Source of the DNA: Clostridia bacterium
GTDB taxonomy: Bacteria; Bacillota; Clostridia; Oscillospirales; Acutalibacteraceae
NCBI GenBank assembly: GCA_017440965.1
Contig: JAFSGH010000005.1
Span: 11,507 to 75,506, forward strand
DNA: 64,000 nucleotides
Reading direction: 5' to 3'
Of this stretch, positions 28,247-38,332 are shown in pieces (the stretch's first letter is position 1; the number at the start of each line of letters is the position of its first letter). A program made the translations under genes and the position numbers. The notes under the pieces were generated by a model, which worked only from the letters and a program-made list of their open reading frames with translations, was not told the DNA's origin and searched no databases.

Positions 28247-28645
28247 ATGCAGATTACCGATCCCATCGCTGATATGCTTACAAGAATAAGAAACGCTAAT
28301 TCTGCTAAGCATGACACAGTTTCTGTTCCTGCTTCAAACATGAAGAAGGCAATTGCTCAGATTCTTGTGGACGAGGGTTATATAAAGAGTTTCAAGGTAA
28401 TTGAGGACGGCAAGCAGGGTGTTATCGAAATCGCTCTCAAGTACGGTCCCAACAAGAGCCAGGTACTTCTTGGCTTACGCAGAGTATCAAAGCCCGGTCT
28501 GCGTATATATACAGACTGCGAGAATATGCCTAAGGTTATGAAGGGCCTTGGCATCGCAATCCTTTCAACATCAAAGGGCATCATGACAGATAAGGACGCA
28601 CGTAAGGCAAATGTCGGCGGCGAAGTCCTTGCATTCATTTGGTAA
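28247..28645 (+). CDS. rpsH: 30S ribosomal protein S8
   Basis: The motif [13 protein letters not shown] identifies it. Confidence 0.98.
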   Translation: MQITDPIADMLTRIRNANSAKHDTVSVPASNMKKAIAQILVDEGYIKSFKVIEDGKQGVIEIALKYGPNKSQVLLGLRRVSKPGLRIYTDCENMPKVMKGLGIAILSTSKGIMTDKDARKANVGGEVLAFIW

Positions 28646-28660
28646 GGAGGAACATCAGGG

Positions 28661-29206
28661 ATGTCACGTATAGGTAGATTACCCATTACTGTTCCGGCCG
28701 GTGTTGACGTTAAGATTGACGGCAACAATGTAACCGTAAAAGGTGCAAAAGGTACACTTACCGGAACATTTGACAGCAATATGACAATCACTCTTGACGG
28801 CGGCGTAGTTACAGTTACCCGTCCCAATGACCAGAAGGAGAACAGAGCTCTTCACGGTCTTACAAGAACTCTTATTGCTAACATGATTGAAGGCGTATCA
28901 AACGGCTTCAAGAAAGAACTTGATATCGTAGGTATCGGTTACCGTTGTGCTCTTCAGGGCAAGGATCTTGTTCTCAACGTTGGTTATTCACACCAGGTTG
29001 TTATGACTCCTCCCGAAGGCATAACAGTTGAAGTACCCGGTCCCAACAAAATCATCGTAAACGGTTACGACAAGCAGAAGGTCGGACAGTTTGCAGCAGA
29101 GGTCAGAGGCGTTCGTCCTCCCGAACCCTACAAGGGCAAGGGCATCAAGTATGTTGATGAAGTTGTTCGCCGTAAAGAAGGTAAAGCCGGTAAGGGCGGC
29201 AAATAA
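28661..29206 (+). CDS. rplF: 50S ribosomal protein L6
   Basis: The N-terminus [15 protein letters not shown] identifies it. Confidence 0.98.
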   Translation: MSRIGRLPITVPAGVDVKIDGNNVTVKGAKGTLTGTFDSNMTITLDGGVVTVTRPNDQKENRALHGLTRTLIANMIEGVSNGFKKELDIVGIGYRCALQGKDLVLNVGYSHQVVMTPPEGITVEVPGPNKIIVNGYDKQKVGQFAAEVRGVRPPEPYKGKGIKYVDEVVRRKEGKAGKGGK

Positions 29207-29224
29207 TAACAGGAGGATACTTTT

Positions 29225-29584
29225 ATGGTTAACAGACCTAACACAGCAAAGGCAAGACAGGCTCGTCATAAGAGAGTTCGTGGTAAGATCCACGGCACTG
29301 CCGAGTGTCCTCGCCTCAATGTTTTCCGCTCACTCAAGCACATCTATGCACAGCTTATCGATGATGATAAGGGTGTAACACTTGTAAGTGCATCAACTGC
29401 TGAAAAGGCATTTGAAGAGTACGGCGGAAACGTAGAAGCCGCAAAGAAAGTCGGCTTAGCATTAGCTCAGAGAGCTGCGGAAAAGAATATCGTTGAATGC
29501 GTATTTGACCGTGGCGGTTACATTTATCACGGCCGTGTCCAGGGCTTGGCCGAAGGCGCCCGTGAGGGTGGCCTCAAGTTCTAA
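29225..29584 (+). CDS. rplR: 50S ribosomal protein L18
   Basis: The motifs [12 protein letters not shown] and [11 protein letters not shown] identify it. Confidence 0.97.
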   Translation: MVNRPNTAKARQARHKRVRGKIHGTAECPRLNVFRSLKHIYAQLIDDDKGVTLVSASTAEKAFEEYGGNVEAAKKVGLALAQRAAEKNIVECVFDRGGYIYHGRVQGLAEGAREGGLKF

Positions 29585-29601
29585 TGAAGGAGGAATGACT
29601 T

Positions 29602-30105
29602 TTGGCTAAGTTTGAAACACAGAAAGACAACGAGTTCCAGGAGAGAGTTGTTGCCATCAACCGTGTATCAAAGACTGTTAAGGGTGGACGTATCTACAAG
29701 TTCGCTGCTCTCGTAGTAGTCGGTGACGGTAAGGGCACAATCGGTTTCGGTCTCGGTAAGTCCGGTGAAGTTCCGGATGCTATCCGCAAGGGTATTGAAG
29801 ATGCAAAGAAGAATCTTATGAAAGTTTCCCTCAGAGGCACCACAATTCCTCATGAGATTATCGGTAAGTTCGGTGCAGGTGTTGTTCTTCTCAAGCCTGC
29901 AGCTCCCGGTACCGGTGTTATCGCCGGCGGTCCCGTTCGTGCTGTTGTTGAAACAGTTGGTATCAAGGATATCAGAACAAAGGCTCTTCGTTCAAACAAC
30001 CCCTGCAATGTAGTAAGAGCAACACTTAACGGCCTTTCACTTCTTCGTAATGCTGACGAAGTTGCAGCAGTAAGAGGAAAGACAGTTAAGGAAATATTAG
30101 GATAA
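29602..30105 (+). CDS. rpsE: 30S ribosomal protein S5
   Basis: The motif [12 protein letters not shown] identifies it. It has a TTG start. Confidence 0.97.
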   Translation: MAKFETQKDNEFQERVVAINRVSKTVKGGRIYKFAALVVVGDGKGTIGFGLGKSGEVPDAIRKGIEDAKKNLMKVSLRGTTIPHEIIGKFGAGVVLLKPAAPGTGVIAGGPVRAVVETVGIKDIRTKALRSNNPCNVVRATLNGLSLLRNADEVAAVRGKTVKEILG

Positions 30106-30119
30106 GGAGTGAAGTACTA

Positions 30120-30299
30120 ATGGCAGAAATCAAGGTTAAGCTCGTAAAGAGCCTTATTGGTTGCAAGAAAGACCAGATTGCCACAGCACAGTCACTCGGT
30201 CTTCGTAAAATTGGTGACGTTTCGGTTCAGCCCGACAACGCTCAGACCAAAGGTAAGGTAAACAAAATCGGTTTCCTTCTCGAAGTAACTGAAGCTTAA
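30120..30299 (+). CDS. rpmD: 50S ribosomal protein L30
   Basis: It is below the ORF-track cutoff. My translation is [59 protein letters not shown] (59 aa), with an AAGGAG RBS. Confidence 0.93.
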   Translation: MAEIKVKLVKSLIGCKKDQIATAQSLGLRKIGDVSVQPDNAQTKGKVNKIGFLLEVTEA

Positions 30300-30321
30300 G
30301 AGCAGAAAGGATGCTTAAATT

Positions 30322-30768
30322 ATGAAAATTCACGAGTTATCGCCTGCTCCCGGTTCAAACAGACCGGTTAAGCGTATAGGCAGAGGACCCGCTTCCGGTC
30401 AGGGTAAGACAGCTGGTAAGGGTCATAAGGGTCAGAAGGCAAGAGCAGGCCGCGGTATGAATCCCGGCTTTGAAGGCGGTCAGATGCCCTTACAGAGAAG
30501 ACTCCCCAAGAGAGGCTTCAACAACATCTTCGCAAAGGAAATTGCTATCGTAAATGTAGCAGCACTTGATGCAGCATTCGAGAACGGCGCAGTTATCGAT
30601 CCTGCAGCTCTTATCGAAAAAGGTCTTGTTAAGAAAGAACTTGACGGTATCAAGGTCCTTGCACAGGGTGAACTCACAAAGAAGTTCACAGTTAAGGCAC
30701 ACGCCTTTTCCGCAGAAGCTAAAGCAAAGATCGAAGCAGCAGGCGGCACAGCTGAAGTTATTGAATAA
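30322..30768 (+). CDS. rplO: 50S ribosomal protein L15
   Basis: The motif [22 protein letters not shown] identifies it. Confidence 0.97.
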   Translation: MKIHELSPAPGSNRPVKRIGRGPASGQGKTAGKGHKGQKARAGRGMNPGFEGGQMPLQRRLPKRGFNNIFAKEIAIVNVAALDAAFENGAVIDPAALIEKGLVKKELDGIKVLAQGELTKKFTVKAHAFSAEAKAKIEAAGGTAEVIE

Positions 30769-30822
30769 TAACGACTGTTTCAGATTTAACTTTATACGGA
30801 AAAGGAAGGAGTGTATTTACAC

Positions 30823-32151
30823 ATGATTAAAACTATGGTCAATGCATGGAAGATTGCGGACCTTCGTAAAAAGATTCTTTACACAGTGTTCATTCTCTTC
30901 CTGTTCAGATTAGGCTGCGCTATACCTGTTCCTTTTATCGATATTACCGGTAATAACGGACTTGTAGGCGAAGCTACCGGCACTTTCCTCAACTATCTTT
31001 CAATGATGACCGGTGAGGCATTTAACTATGGTCGTGTATTTGCATTAGGTATCACACCGTATATTAACTCCTCGATTATCCTTCAGCTTTTAGCTGTTGC
31101 GATTCCTGCTCTTGAGAAGCTTTCTCATGACGAGGAAGGCCGTAAAAAGATGGCAGCCATCACCCGTTATGTAACAGTTGCTCTTGCTATTCTCCAGGGT
31201 ATTGCATACTATGTATACATCTGGAGCAAGGGAATGCTTACTCCCGGTCCTGACGGTAAGGCTTACACCGGTTTCGGTGCGTTCTTCCAGGGCTTAGTAG
31301 TAGTTTCCGTTCTTACAGCAGGTTCCGCACTTGTTATGTGGCTCGGCGAACAGATCAATGACAAGGGTATCGGTAACGGTATTTCTCTTATCCTTTTTGC
31401 CGGTATCGTTTCAAGATTCCCCTACATTGTATATAACATAGTATACACTGTATGGAACACAGGTGAGTGGTATTGGCTTATCTCTCCCTTAGCACTTATA
31501 CTTCTTATCGCAATGGTAGTTTATATTTGCTTCATGGATGCAGGTGAGCGTAAGATTCCTGTACAGTATGCAAAGAGAGTAGTTGGCCGTAAGATGTACG
31601 GCGGACAGAGCTCCAACATTCCGATCAAGGTAAATATGTCCGGTGTTCTTCCCGTTATCTTCGCAAGCTCAATTCTTTCTCTTCCTCCCACGATTGAAAT
31701 GTTTGTTGCAAGTAAGCTTTCTGAGGAATCCTTCTGGCACACATTCTTCGGCTGGTTCAAGGCAGATCATTGGGTTTACGGTATCATCTACTTCTTACTC
31801 ATAATCTTCTTTGCTTATTTCTATTCATCAATTCAGTATAATCCCGTAGAAATGGCTAACAATCTTGCAAAGAACTCCGGTATGATCCCCGGTATCCGTT
31901 CAGGTAAGCCTACAGCAGAATATATTGCTAAGGTTATCAGCAAGATGGTTCTTCTCGGTGCTCTTATGCTTAGTGTGTGCGCACTTTTCCCCATCGTTTT
32001 CTCTCAGATCACAACAGCAGTCGGCTACGGCGATGTTGATGTTTCAATCGGCGGTACATCAATCATAATTCTTGTTGGTGTTGCTCTTGAAACAGTATCT
32101 CAGATCGAGAGCCAGATGATGATGCGTCACTACAAGGGCTTCCTTGATTAA
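30823..32151 (+). CDS. secY: Preprotein translocase subunit SecY
   Basis: The 10-TM protein shows ITPYINSSIILQLL and fits the operon position. The start was taken at ATG 30823 (MIKTMVNAWK). Confidence 0.97.
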   Translation: MIKTMVNAWKIADLRKKILYTVFILFLFRLGCAIPVPFIDITGNNGLVGEATGTFLNYLSMMTGEAFNYGRVFALGITPYINSSIILQLLAVAIPALEKLSHDEEGRKKMAAITRYVTVALAILQGIAYYVYIWSKGMLTPGPDGKAYTGFGAFFQGLVVVSVLTAGSALVMWLGEQINDKGIGNGISLILFAGIVSRFPYIVYNIVYTVWNTGEWYWLISPLALILLIAMVVYICFMDAGERKIPVQYAKRVVGRKMYGGQSSNIPIKVNMSGVLPVIFASSILSLPPTIEMFVASKLSEESFWHTFFGWFKADHWVYGIIYFLLIIFFAYFYSSIQYNPVEMANNLAKNSGMIPGIRSGKPTAEYIAKVISKMVLLGALMLSVCALFPIVFSQITTAVGYGDVDVSIGGTSIIILVGVALETVSQIESQMMMRHYKGFLD

Positions 32152-32166
32152 TAGGAGGACAAACCG

Positions 32167-32799
32167 ATGAATATAATTTTTCTCGGTGCCCCCGGTGCAG
32201 GTAAAGGTACACAGGCGGAAATAGTAAGCGAAAAGCTTGCTATTCCCACCGTATCTACCGGTAACATTATCCGTGCTGCACTCAAGAACGGCACACCTAT
32301 GGGCCTTAAGGCCAAAGAATTTATCGAATCCGGAAAGCTCGTTCCCGATGAGGTCGTAATTGGCATCATCAAGGACAGACTCAGTGAAGATGATTGTCAG
32401 AACGGATTTATCCTTGACGGTTTTCCGAGAACCATTCCTCAGGCACAGGCACTTGATGAGATGGGCATAGTTATAGACAAGGTTATCGACATTGAGGTTG
32501 CCGATGAAAAGATCGCAGCAAGAATGTCAGGCAGAAGAGTATGCAAGGCTTGCGGAAATTCTTACCACCTTGAATATAAGAAGCCTGCAAATGACGGTGT
32601 ATGTGATGCCTGCGGCGGTGAACTCATCCAGAGAAAGGATGACGCTCCCGAGACAGTTCTTGAAAGACTCAAGATCTATCACGAGGAGACAGAGCCGCTT
32701 AAGGAATATTACGAAAAGCAGGGTAAGCTTTTCATCGTTGAGGGACAGGAAGAGGTCAGTGATACAACTGCTCTTACCCTCAAAGCAGTGGAGGAATAA
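32167..32799 (+). CDS. adk: Adenylate kinase with a Cys4 zinc lid
   Basis: The P-loop GAPGAGKGTQ is present, and the lid reads CKACGNSYH...CDACGG. Confidence 0.97.
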   Translation: MNIIFLGAPGAGKGTQAEIVSEKLAIPTVSTGNIIRAALKNGTPMGLKAKEFIESGKLVPDEVVIGIIKDRLSEDDCQNGFILDGFPRTIPQAQALDEMGIVIDKVIDIEVADEKIAARMSGRRVCKACGNSYHLEYKKPANDGVCDACGGELIQRKDDAPETVLERLKIYHEETEPLKEYYEKQGKLFIVEGQEEVSDTTALTLKAVEE

Positions 32800-32801
32800 G
32801 C

Positions 32802-33551
32802 ATGATAGTGCTGAAAACACGCCGAGAGATCGAGCTTATGCGTGAGGCAGGTAGAATATCTGCCGGAGCACTTAAACTTGCCGGTGAAGCGGTCCAGCCG
32901 GGTATGACTACCGCAGAGATCGATAAAATAGCTTATGATTATATTAAGAGTCAGGGTGCAATACCAAGCTTTCTTAATTATAACGGCTTTCCGGCAACTG
33001 CATGCATTTCCATAAATCAAGAAGTTATTCATGGAATTCCTGACAGAGAACATGTGATCTGGGAAGGAGATATCGTCAGTATCGACCTCGGAGCTGTGAT
33101 TAACGGCTTCCACGGCGATAATGCTGCGACGTTTCCCTGCGGAAAGATATCCCCGGCTGCCGAGCGGCTGTGCAACACGACCAAGGAAGCTCTTTATATA
33201 GGACTTTCCAAGGCTGTTGCGGGAAACAGACTGGGTGATATAGGTTTCGCGATCCAGGAGCACTGTATCAAGAGGGGCTATGGTGTTGTCCGTGATTATA
33301 CAGGACACGGCATAGGAAAACATCTCCATGAAGATCCTTCGGTTCCGAATTACGGCAAACCCGGTAAAGGAGCAAGGCTTCTTCCCGGCATGACAATTGC
33401 CATTGAACCGATGATCAATGAAGGTACTCAGGATGTAAGAGTGCTTAAGAACAACTGGACAGTCGTAACGGCAGACGGCAAGCTTTCGGCTCACTTCGAA
33501 CATACCGTAGCCGTGACTGAAGGTGAGTGCATAATACTCACTCAGGTCTAA
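32802..33551 (+). CDS. map: Type I methionine aminopeptidase
   Basis: Metal-ligand motifs are present (DIVSIDLGAV, GHGIG, IEPM), and the gene fits the operon position. Confidence 0.96.
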   Translation: MIVLKTRREIELMREAGRISAGALKLAGEAVQPGMTTAEIDKIAYDYIKSQGAIPSFLNYNGFPATACISINQEVIHGIPDREHVIWEGDIVSIDLGAVINGFHGDNAATFPCGKISPAAERLCNTTKEALYIGLSKAVAGNRLGDIGFAIQEHCIKRGYGVVRDYTGHGIGKHLHEDPSVPNYGKPGKGARLLPGMTIAIEPMINEGTQDVRVLKNNWTVVTADGKLSAHFEHTVAVTEGECIILTQV

Positions 33552-33561
33552 GAGGTGCAGA

Positions 33562-33807
33562 ATGTTTTTAAGAGGACAGGTGATTATTTCAGAGGCCGGC
33601 AGAGATAAGGATTATCTGATGGCGGTAACTGATTATGACGGAACTTATGTCTATGTGTGCGACGGAAAAGAGAGACGGCTTTCACAGCCGAAACGAAAGA
33701 ATCCCAAGCACATTACAATGACACAGTGGTTTTTGACAGAAGATCAGCTCCACTCAGACAGACGGCTCAGAAAAGCCCTCGGTGAATTAGAGTACAACAA
33801 TGAATAA
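33562..33807 (+). CDS. KOW-domain small protein commonly found between map and infA in Clostridia
   Basis: The 81-aa product has a KOW-like N-terminus, [18 protein letters not shown]. The position is conserved, from my recollection of clostridial spc operons. Confidence 0.7.
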   Translation: MFLRGQVIISEAGRDKDYLMAVTDYDGTYVYVCDGKERRLSQPKRKNPKHITMTQWFLTEDQLHSDRRLRKALGELEYNNE

Positions 33808-33821
33808 CGGAGGTAAAAGTT

Positions 33822-34040
33822 ATGTCAAAGCAGGATAATATCGAAATCGAAGGTACCGTTGTAGAAGCTCTTCCCAATGCTGCATTCAAGGTTGAGCTTG
33901 AAAACGGAAAAGTGATCTTAGCTCATATCTCAGGTAAGCTTCGTATGAACTATATAAGAATATTACCCGGAGATAAGGTTACGGTCGAACTTTCACCCTA
34001 TGATCTCACAAAGGGACGTATTACTTGGCGTTCTAAATAA
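33822..34040 (+). CDS. infA: Translation initiation factor IF-1
   Basis: The motifs [23 protein letters not shown] and [16 protein letters not shown] identify it. Confidence 0.98.
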   Translation: MSKQDNIEIEGTVVEALPNAAFKVELENGKVILAHISGKLRMNYIRILPGDKVTVELSPYDLTKGRITWRSK

Positions 34041-34098
34041 AAACCTGATACCGGCAGATGACCGGTTATAAGGCAAACAATATTAGGAGGTATTCACA

Positions 34099-34212
34099 AT
34101 GAAAGTCAGACCTTCTGTAAAGAAAATTTGCGAGAAGTGCAAAATCATTAAGCGCAAGGGAAAAATAATGGTTATCTGTGAAAATCCCAAGCACAAGCAG
34201 CGTCAGGGCTAA
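34099..34212 (+). CDS. rpmJ: 50S ribosomal protein L36 (zinc form)
   Basis: It is below the ORF-track cutoff. My translation is [37 protein letters not shown] (37 aa), with an AGGAGG RBS. Confidence 0.95.
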   Translation: MKVRPSVKKICEKCKIIKRKGKIMVICENPKHKQRQG

Positions 34213-34253
34213 GCCCTTGACCAACAACCTATTAATGGAGGTGCAACTGACAA

Positions 34254-34622
34254 ATGGCGCGTATATCTGGTGTAGACCTTCCCAGAGAGAAGAGAGTTGA
34301 AATCGCTCTTACTTATATCTATGGTATAGGTCAGAAAACTGCAAGCGACATTATTAAAGCAACAGGTGTTGATCCCGACATAAGAGTTAAGGATCTCACA
34401 GAAGACGATGTTTCTAAGCTTCGTGAGTATATCGACCACAATGTTAAGGTTGAAGGTGATCTCAGAAGAGAAACAGCATTTGATATCAAAAGACTTATTG
34501 AAATTGGCTGCTATCGCGGTGTTCGTCACCGTAAGGGTCTTCCCGTAAGAGGTCAGCGTTCAAAGACAAACGCTCGTACACGTAAGGGCCCCAAGAAGAC
34601 AATTGCTAATAAGAAGAAGTAA
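34254..34622 (+). CDS. rpsM: 30S ribosomal protein S13
   Basis: The N-terminus [10 protein letters not shown] and the motif [15 protein letters not shown] identify it. Confidence 0.98.
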   Translation: MARISGVDLPREKRVEIALTYIYGIGQKTASDIIKATGVDPDIRVKDLTEDDVSKLREYIDHNVKVEGDLRRETAFDIKRLIEIGCYRGVRHRKGLPVRGQRSKTNARTRKGPKKTIANKKK

Positions 34623-34637
34623 TGGAGGAGTATCAGT

Positions 34638-35039
34638 ATGGCTAAGGCTGTAGCTAAAAAAGGCGCAACTCGTAAGCGTCGTGAGCGCAAGAATATTGAT
34701 CGTGGTGCTGTTCATATTCAGTCTACATTCAATAACACAATCGTTACAATCTCTGATACTCAGGGCAATACCGTTTCATGGGCATCTGCCGGTGAAATGG
34801 GCTTCAGAGGATCAAGAAAATCCACTCCCTTTGCAGCACAGACAGCTGCTGAAACAGCTGCTAAGATTGCAATGGAGCATGGTATGAAGACCGTAGAGGT
34901 ATTCGTTAAGGGCCCCGGACAGGGCAGAGAAGCAGCAATCCGTGCTCTTCAGACTGCAGGTCTTGAGGTTACAATGATCAAGGATGTTACTCCTATTCCT
35001 CACAACGGCTGCCGTCCTCCCAAGAGAAGACGTGTATAA
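34638..35039 (+). CDS. rpsK: 30S ribosomal protein S11
   Basis: The motifs [15 protein letters not shown] and [12 protein letters not shown] identify it. Confidence 0.98.
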   Translation: MAKAVAKKGATRKRRERKNIDRGAVHIQSTFNNTIVTISDTQGNTVSWASAGEMGFRGSRKSTPFAAQTAAETAAKIAMEHGMKTVEVFVKGPGQGREAAIRALQTAGLEVTMIKDVTPIPHNGCRPPKRRRV

Positions 35040-35064
35040 TAGATTACAGGAGGTGTCATAAACT

Positions 35065-35691
35065 ATGGCAAGATATACCGGTGCGGTATGTAAATTGTGC
35101 CGCCGCGAAGGCAAAAAGCTCTTCTTAAAGGGTGAAAGATGCTATACCGGCAAGTGCGCAATCGAGCGCCGCAACTATGCACCCGGTCAGCATGGCCAGG
35201 GACGCAAGAAGGCTTCTGAATACGGAACACAGCTCCGTGCAAAGCAGACTGCAAGAAGATATTATGGTATAAACGAAGTTCAGTTCAGTAAATATTTTGA
35301 AATGGCAGAGAAGCAGACAGGTATGACAGGTGAAAACCTTCTTCGTATCTGTGAAAGCCGTCTTGATAACATTGTTTATCTTTTAGGCTGGGCTTCCTCT
35401 CGTGCAGAAGCAAGACAGCTTGTTACTCACGGTCATTTCCAGGTTAACGGCAGAAAGGTTGACATTCCTTCCTATCTCTGCAAGGCCGGTGATGCTCTTT
35501 CAATAAAGAAAGAAAGTCTCGACAGCGAAAAGTTCAAGGCTGTTCTCGAAGCTAATGCTTCAAGACCTGTTCCTCAGTGGCTTGAGGCTGCTGCAGAAAC
35601 TCATACAGCAAAGATTGTTGCTCTTCCTGACAGAGAACAGATTCTTGTTCCCGTTGAAGAACATCTTATCGTTGAGTTCTACTCAAAATAA
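35065..35691 (+). CDS. rpsD: 30S ribosomal protein S4 (N-terminal Cys4 form)
   Basis: The N-terminus [32 protein letters not shown] and an S4 domain are present. Confidence 0.98.
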   Translation: MARYTGAVCKLCRREGKKLFLKGERCYTGKCAIERRNYAPGQHGQGRKKASEYGTQLRAKQTARRYYGINEVQFSKYFEMAEKQTGMTGENLLRICESRLDNIVYLLGWASSRAEARQLVTHGHFQVNGRKVDIPSYLCKAGDALSIKKESLDSEKFKAVLEANASRPVPQWLEAAAETHTAKIVALPDREQILVPVEEHLIVEFYSK

Positions 35692-35764
35692 TTAAATCTT
35701 GCGTATTTGTTTCTATATTTTTCTGGCGCAGGATTATATCCTGCAATTATAAGGAGGGTTTTGA

Positions 35765-36715
35765 ATGATTGGTATAGAAAAGCCCAGCATAACAACTGTA
35801 GATATGAGTGAAGACGGTTCACATGGCATATTTGTCCTTGAACCCCTTGAAAGAGGCTACGGTACAACACTCGGTAACAGTTTACGCCGTGTTCTTTTAT
35901 CATCACTTACTGGCTACGCCATTACATCAGTAAATATCAATGGTGTACTTCATGAGTTCTCTACAATTGAAGGCGTGAAAGAGGATGTTACAGAAATCGT
36001 CCTTAACTTAAAGAACGTTATTCTTAAAATCTTCGGTAACGAACCTAAAAAGATGTATATCGATGTAAGCAATGCTACAGAGATTACAGCCGGAGATATA
36101 AAGACAGATTCGGAGGTTGAAATCCTTAACCCCGATTGGCACATTGCTACAGTAAGCCCTGATGCTCATGTCAGAATGGAGCTTACAGCTGATATCGGCA
36201 GAGGCTATGTGTCAGCAGAGCGTAATAAAGTATTGCTTAATCCCCCTATCGGCGTTATAGCAATTGACTCTATTTATACTCCTGTTAACAAGGTAAATTA
36301 TACCGTAGAGAATACCCGTGTCGGCGATATTACCGACTACGATAAGTTAACTCTCGAGGTATGGACAAACGGAACTCTTACTGCAAAGGATGCTGTTTCG
36401 TTTGCTGCCAAGATTCTCAACGAACATCTCAATCTCTTCGTTGATCTCTCTGAAGAAGCAGGCAATGTTGAGGTTATGGTCGTTAAGGATACCGATTCTA
36501 ACAAGCAGACATTAGAGATGACCGTTGAGGAGCTTGACCTTTCAGTTCGCTCATTCAATTGTCTCAAGAGAGCGAATATTCACAAGGTTGGCGATCTGAT
36601 AGAAAAGACTGAAGAGGATATGATGAAAGTCAGAAACCTCGGCAAGAAATCTCTCGATGAGGTTATTGCAAAGCTTGCACAGTTTGGCTTATCTCTTCGT
36701 CAGGAGGATGAATAA
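35765..36715 (+). CDS. rpoA: DNA-directed RNA polymerase subunit alpha
   Basis: It has an N-terminal assembly domain and a C-terminal domain ([16 protein letters not shown]). Confidence 0.98.
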   Translation: MIGIEKPSITTVDMSEDGSHGIFVLEPLERGYGTTLGNSLRRVLLSSLTGYAITSVNINGVLHEFSTIEGVKEDVTEIVLNLKNVILKIFGNEPKKMYIDVSNATEITAGDIKTDSEVEILNPDWHIATVSPDAHVRMELTADIGRGYVSAERNKVLLNPPIGVIAIDSIYTPVNKVNYTVENTRVGDITDYDKLTLEVWTNGTLTAKDAVSFAAKILNEHLNLFVDLSEEAGNVEVMVVKDTDSNKQTLEMTVEELDLSVRSFNCLKRANIHKVGDLIEKTEEDMMKVRNLGKKSLDEVIAKLAQFGLSLRQEDE

Positions 36716-36761
36716 TCCTTTCACAATCTAACCTTTTATAGGTATTAAGGAGTGATTTTAA

Positions 36762-37103
36762 ATGCCCGGAACCAGAAAGCTCGGCAGACCTACAGATCAT
36801 CGTAGAGCTATGATGAGAGCTATGGTAACTTACCTTTTGGAAAATGGCAAAATTGAAACCACCGTTACAAGAGCTAAGGAAGTTCGTGCTATTACCGAGA
36901 AGATGATTACTCTCGCTAAGGTAAACTCCCTTCACAATAGAAGACAGGCAATGGCTTACATTACCAAGGAAGAAGTTGTTAAGAAGCTCTTTGATGAAGT
37001 TGCACCTAAGTACAACGAAGTAAAAGGTGGTTATTGCCGCATCATCAAGACAGGCCCCCGTCGCGGAGACGCTGCTGAGATGTGCATAATCGAACTCATC
37101 TGA
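36762..37103 (+). CDS. rplQ: 50S ribosomal protein L17
   Basis: The motif [14 protein letters not shown] identifies it, and it is the last gene of the alpha operon. Confidence 0.98.
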   Translation: MPGTRKLGRPTDHRRAMMRAMVTYLLENGKIETTVTRAKEVRAITEKMITLAKVNSLHNRRQAMAYITKEEVVKKLFDEVAPKYNEVKGGYCRIIKTGPRRGDAAEMCIIELI

Positions 37104-37134
37104 GTTGATTACCAAAAGCAAGTAATATAAAAAA

Positions 37135-37167
37135 GCGGAGTACCGAAAGGTGCTCCGTATTTTTTTT
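37135..37167 (+). terminator. Intrinsic terminator of the ribosomal superoperon
   Basis: The hairpin GCGGAGTACC GAAA GGTGCTCCGT is followed by a T8 run. Confidence 0.85.
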
Positions 37168-37187
37168 ATATAGAAAAATTATCCCTC

Positions 37188-37450
37188 TTCACGGAAAGTT
37201 GGGGAATCATATTACTCACTTTAATCATTTTGTACTTCGCACTTGGCCCGCCCGGCGAGGGTTCCCAACGAAAAACAGTCCACCGGACTGTTTTTCTCCA
37301 CACCTCAGCTATTGGAAGCATAAGAGTTTTCGCACTCTGCGCAGTGCCACAAGAGGCTCTGCCTCTTGACACCGTGAGCTTTTGAAAAAGCTCAAGCAAA
37401 ACTTTTCCCCGGCACTCCCGTGCCGACATCATTCCCCAACTTTCCGTGAA
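37188..37450. mobile_element. MITE-like structured repeat, copy 1 (about 263 bp, 20-bp terminal inverted repeats)
   Basis: The ends TTCACGGAAAGTTGGGGAAT and ATTCCCCAACTTTCCGTGAA are perfect inverted repeats. The interior holds several strong hairpins, for example GAAAAACAGTCC ACCG GACTGTTTTTC. A second copy lies at 56070-56333 in the opposite orientation. Confidence 0.7.
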
Positions 37451-37596
37451 AAACCTTTTTTTCGAAGAAAACAGGTAACATTATGTCGAACAGGCAAAAT
37501 TAAGATTTGATTAAGATAAATCTCAGAATATTGCTTGTTATGATGCTGAATGATACAATGAAATCGTATAGGTAATTCAGAGAGGAAGAGAACATT

Positions 37597-38160
37597 TTGA
37601 GTAAAAAGCTTTTTAAGATCGGACTTATAATGATAGCATTGTTGAATTGTTTGTATGTCTTGTTTTTGTTCGGAGGATTGACGCCTGATCCTGTCGGCAA
37701 TGAAAGAGTAGCCCAATATACCTATATTTTAATAATTTTACCTGTGATCTTAATACTTCTTTGTGTTTGTGCACTTTTTGTAAAGGGAAAAAATATTGAG
37801 AAATACAGGAGATGTTCAAAGATATTTGCAGGATTAAGAATAGTTTTCGGTGAGTTTGGTCTTTTTCTTCTTACATTTTTAGAGGAATGGCATAAAAAGG
37901 GCGTTTTTGATCCATTGAGCAGCTTTGCCAAACTTGATAGAGACAGCTTATTCTTAGCTTTGGGGGTAATACTTCAGGTCTTGTCCTTGCCGATTATGGG
38001 ACATTTAACAGCTATGATATTTTTTGAACACACTCTTGAAAAAGAAATGAGAATGAAAAAACTTAAAAACTATAAAATATTACTTGTATGTCTGTCTGTT
38101 ATTGCCATAATTGGTGTTTCTGTTGCAGGGGTAGTTTTATATAGTCAATATACTCATTAA
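37597..38160 (+). CDS. Hypothetical integral membrane protein (about 5 TM segments)
   Basis: The 187-aa ORF is hydrophobic and starts at TTG after AGAGGAAGAG. I recognise no motif. Confidence 0.5.
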   Translation: MSKKLFKIGLIMIALLNCLYVLFLFGGLTPDPVGNERVAQYTYILIILPVILILLCVCALFVKGKNIEKYRRCSKIFAGLRIVFGEFGLFLLTFLEEWHKKGVFDPLSSFAKLDRDSLFLALGVILQVLSLPIMGHLTAMIFFEHTLEKEMRMKKLKNYKILLVCLSVIAIIGVSVAGVVLYSQYTH

Positions 38161-38252
38161 CGGCTTATTGATACGAGGGCGGATAGCTGATCGGTAATAA
38201 AAAAATTAGAATGGTTATTGTGCAAAATTACATATTTTGACAATATTTTATG

Positions 38253-38281
38253 TTGACAATTAACAATTAAAGGATTATACT
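38253..38281 (+). promoter_or_regulatory. Consensus-like promoter (TTGACA, 17 nt, TATACT) upstream of the ArsB/NhaD-type permease gene
   Basis: The sequence reads TTGACA attaacaattaaaggat TATACT. A second TTGACA lies 16 nt upstream, at 38237. Confidence 0.6.
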
Positions 38282-38287
38282 AATATC

Positions 38288-38317
38288 TCGGTGCGGTAAT
38301 TCGTGCCGAATTTTTTT
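38288..38317 (+). promoter_or_regulatory. Terminator-like hairpin plus T7 run in the short 5' leader of the permease gene
   Basis: TCGGTGCG pairs with CGTGCCGA (two G-U pairs), followed by A and a T7 run. It begins at about the predicted +1 and ends 15 nt before the ATG. Confidence 0.4.
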
Positions 38318-38332
38318 GTTCGGTGATATGAA

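Noticed and set aside
32709-33503. Long antisense ORFs, including 32709-33503 (264 aa, opposite map), 39566-40447 (293 aa, opposite the MFS gene), 53973-54722 (249 aa, opposite the phosphoesterase), 25188-25793 (201 aa, opposite rpsC) and 26020-26568 (182 aa)
   Set aside because: Each is fully embedded opposite a confidently identified gene. Their translations are low-complexity or Cys/Ile/Phe-rich with no motifs and no RBS. Shadow ORFs like these are expected when the sense strand is codon-biased.
37166-37432. 88-aa ORF (MMSARECRGKVLLELFQKL...) and its near-duplicate at 56088-56300
   Set aside because: Both lie entirely inside the two MITE-like repeat copies and have no RBS. Their similarity only reflects the DNA repeat, and the reading frame is broken by the divergent central part of the element.
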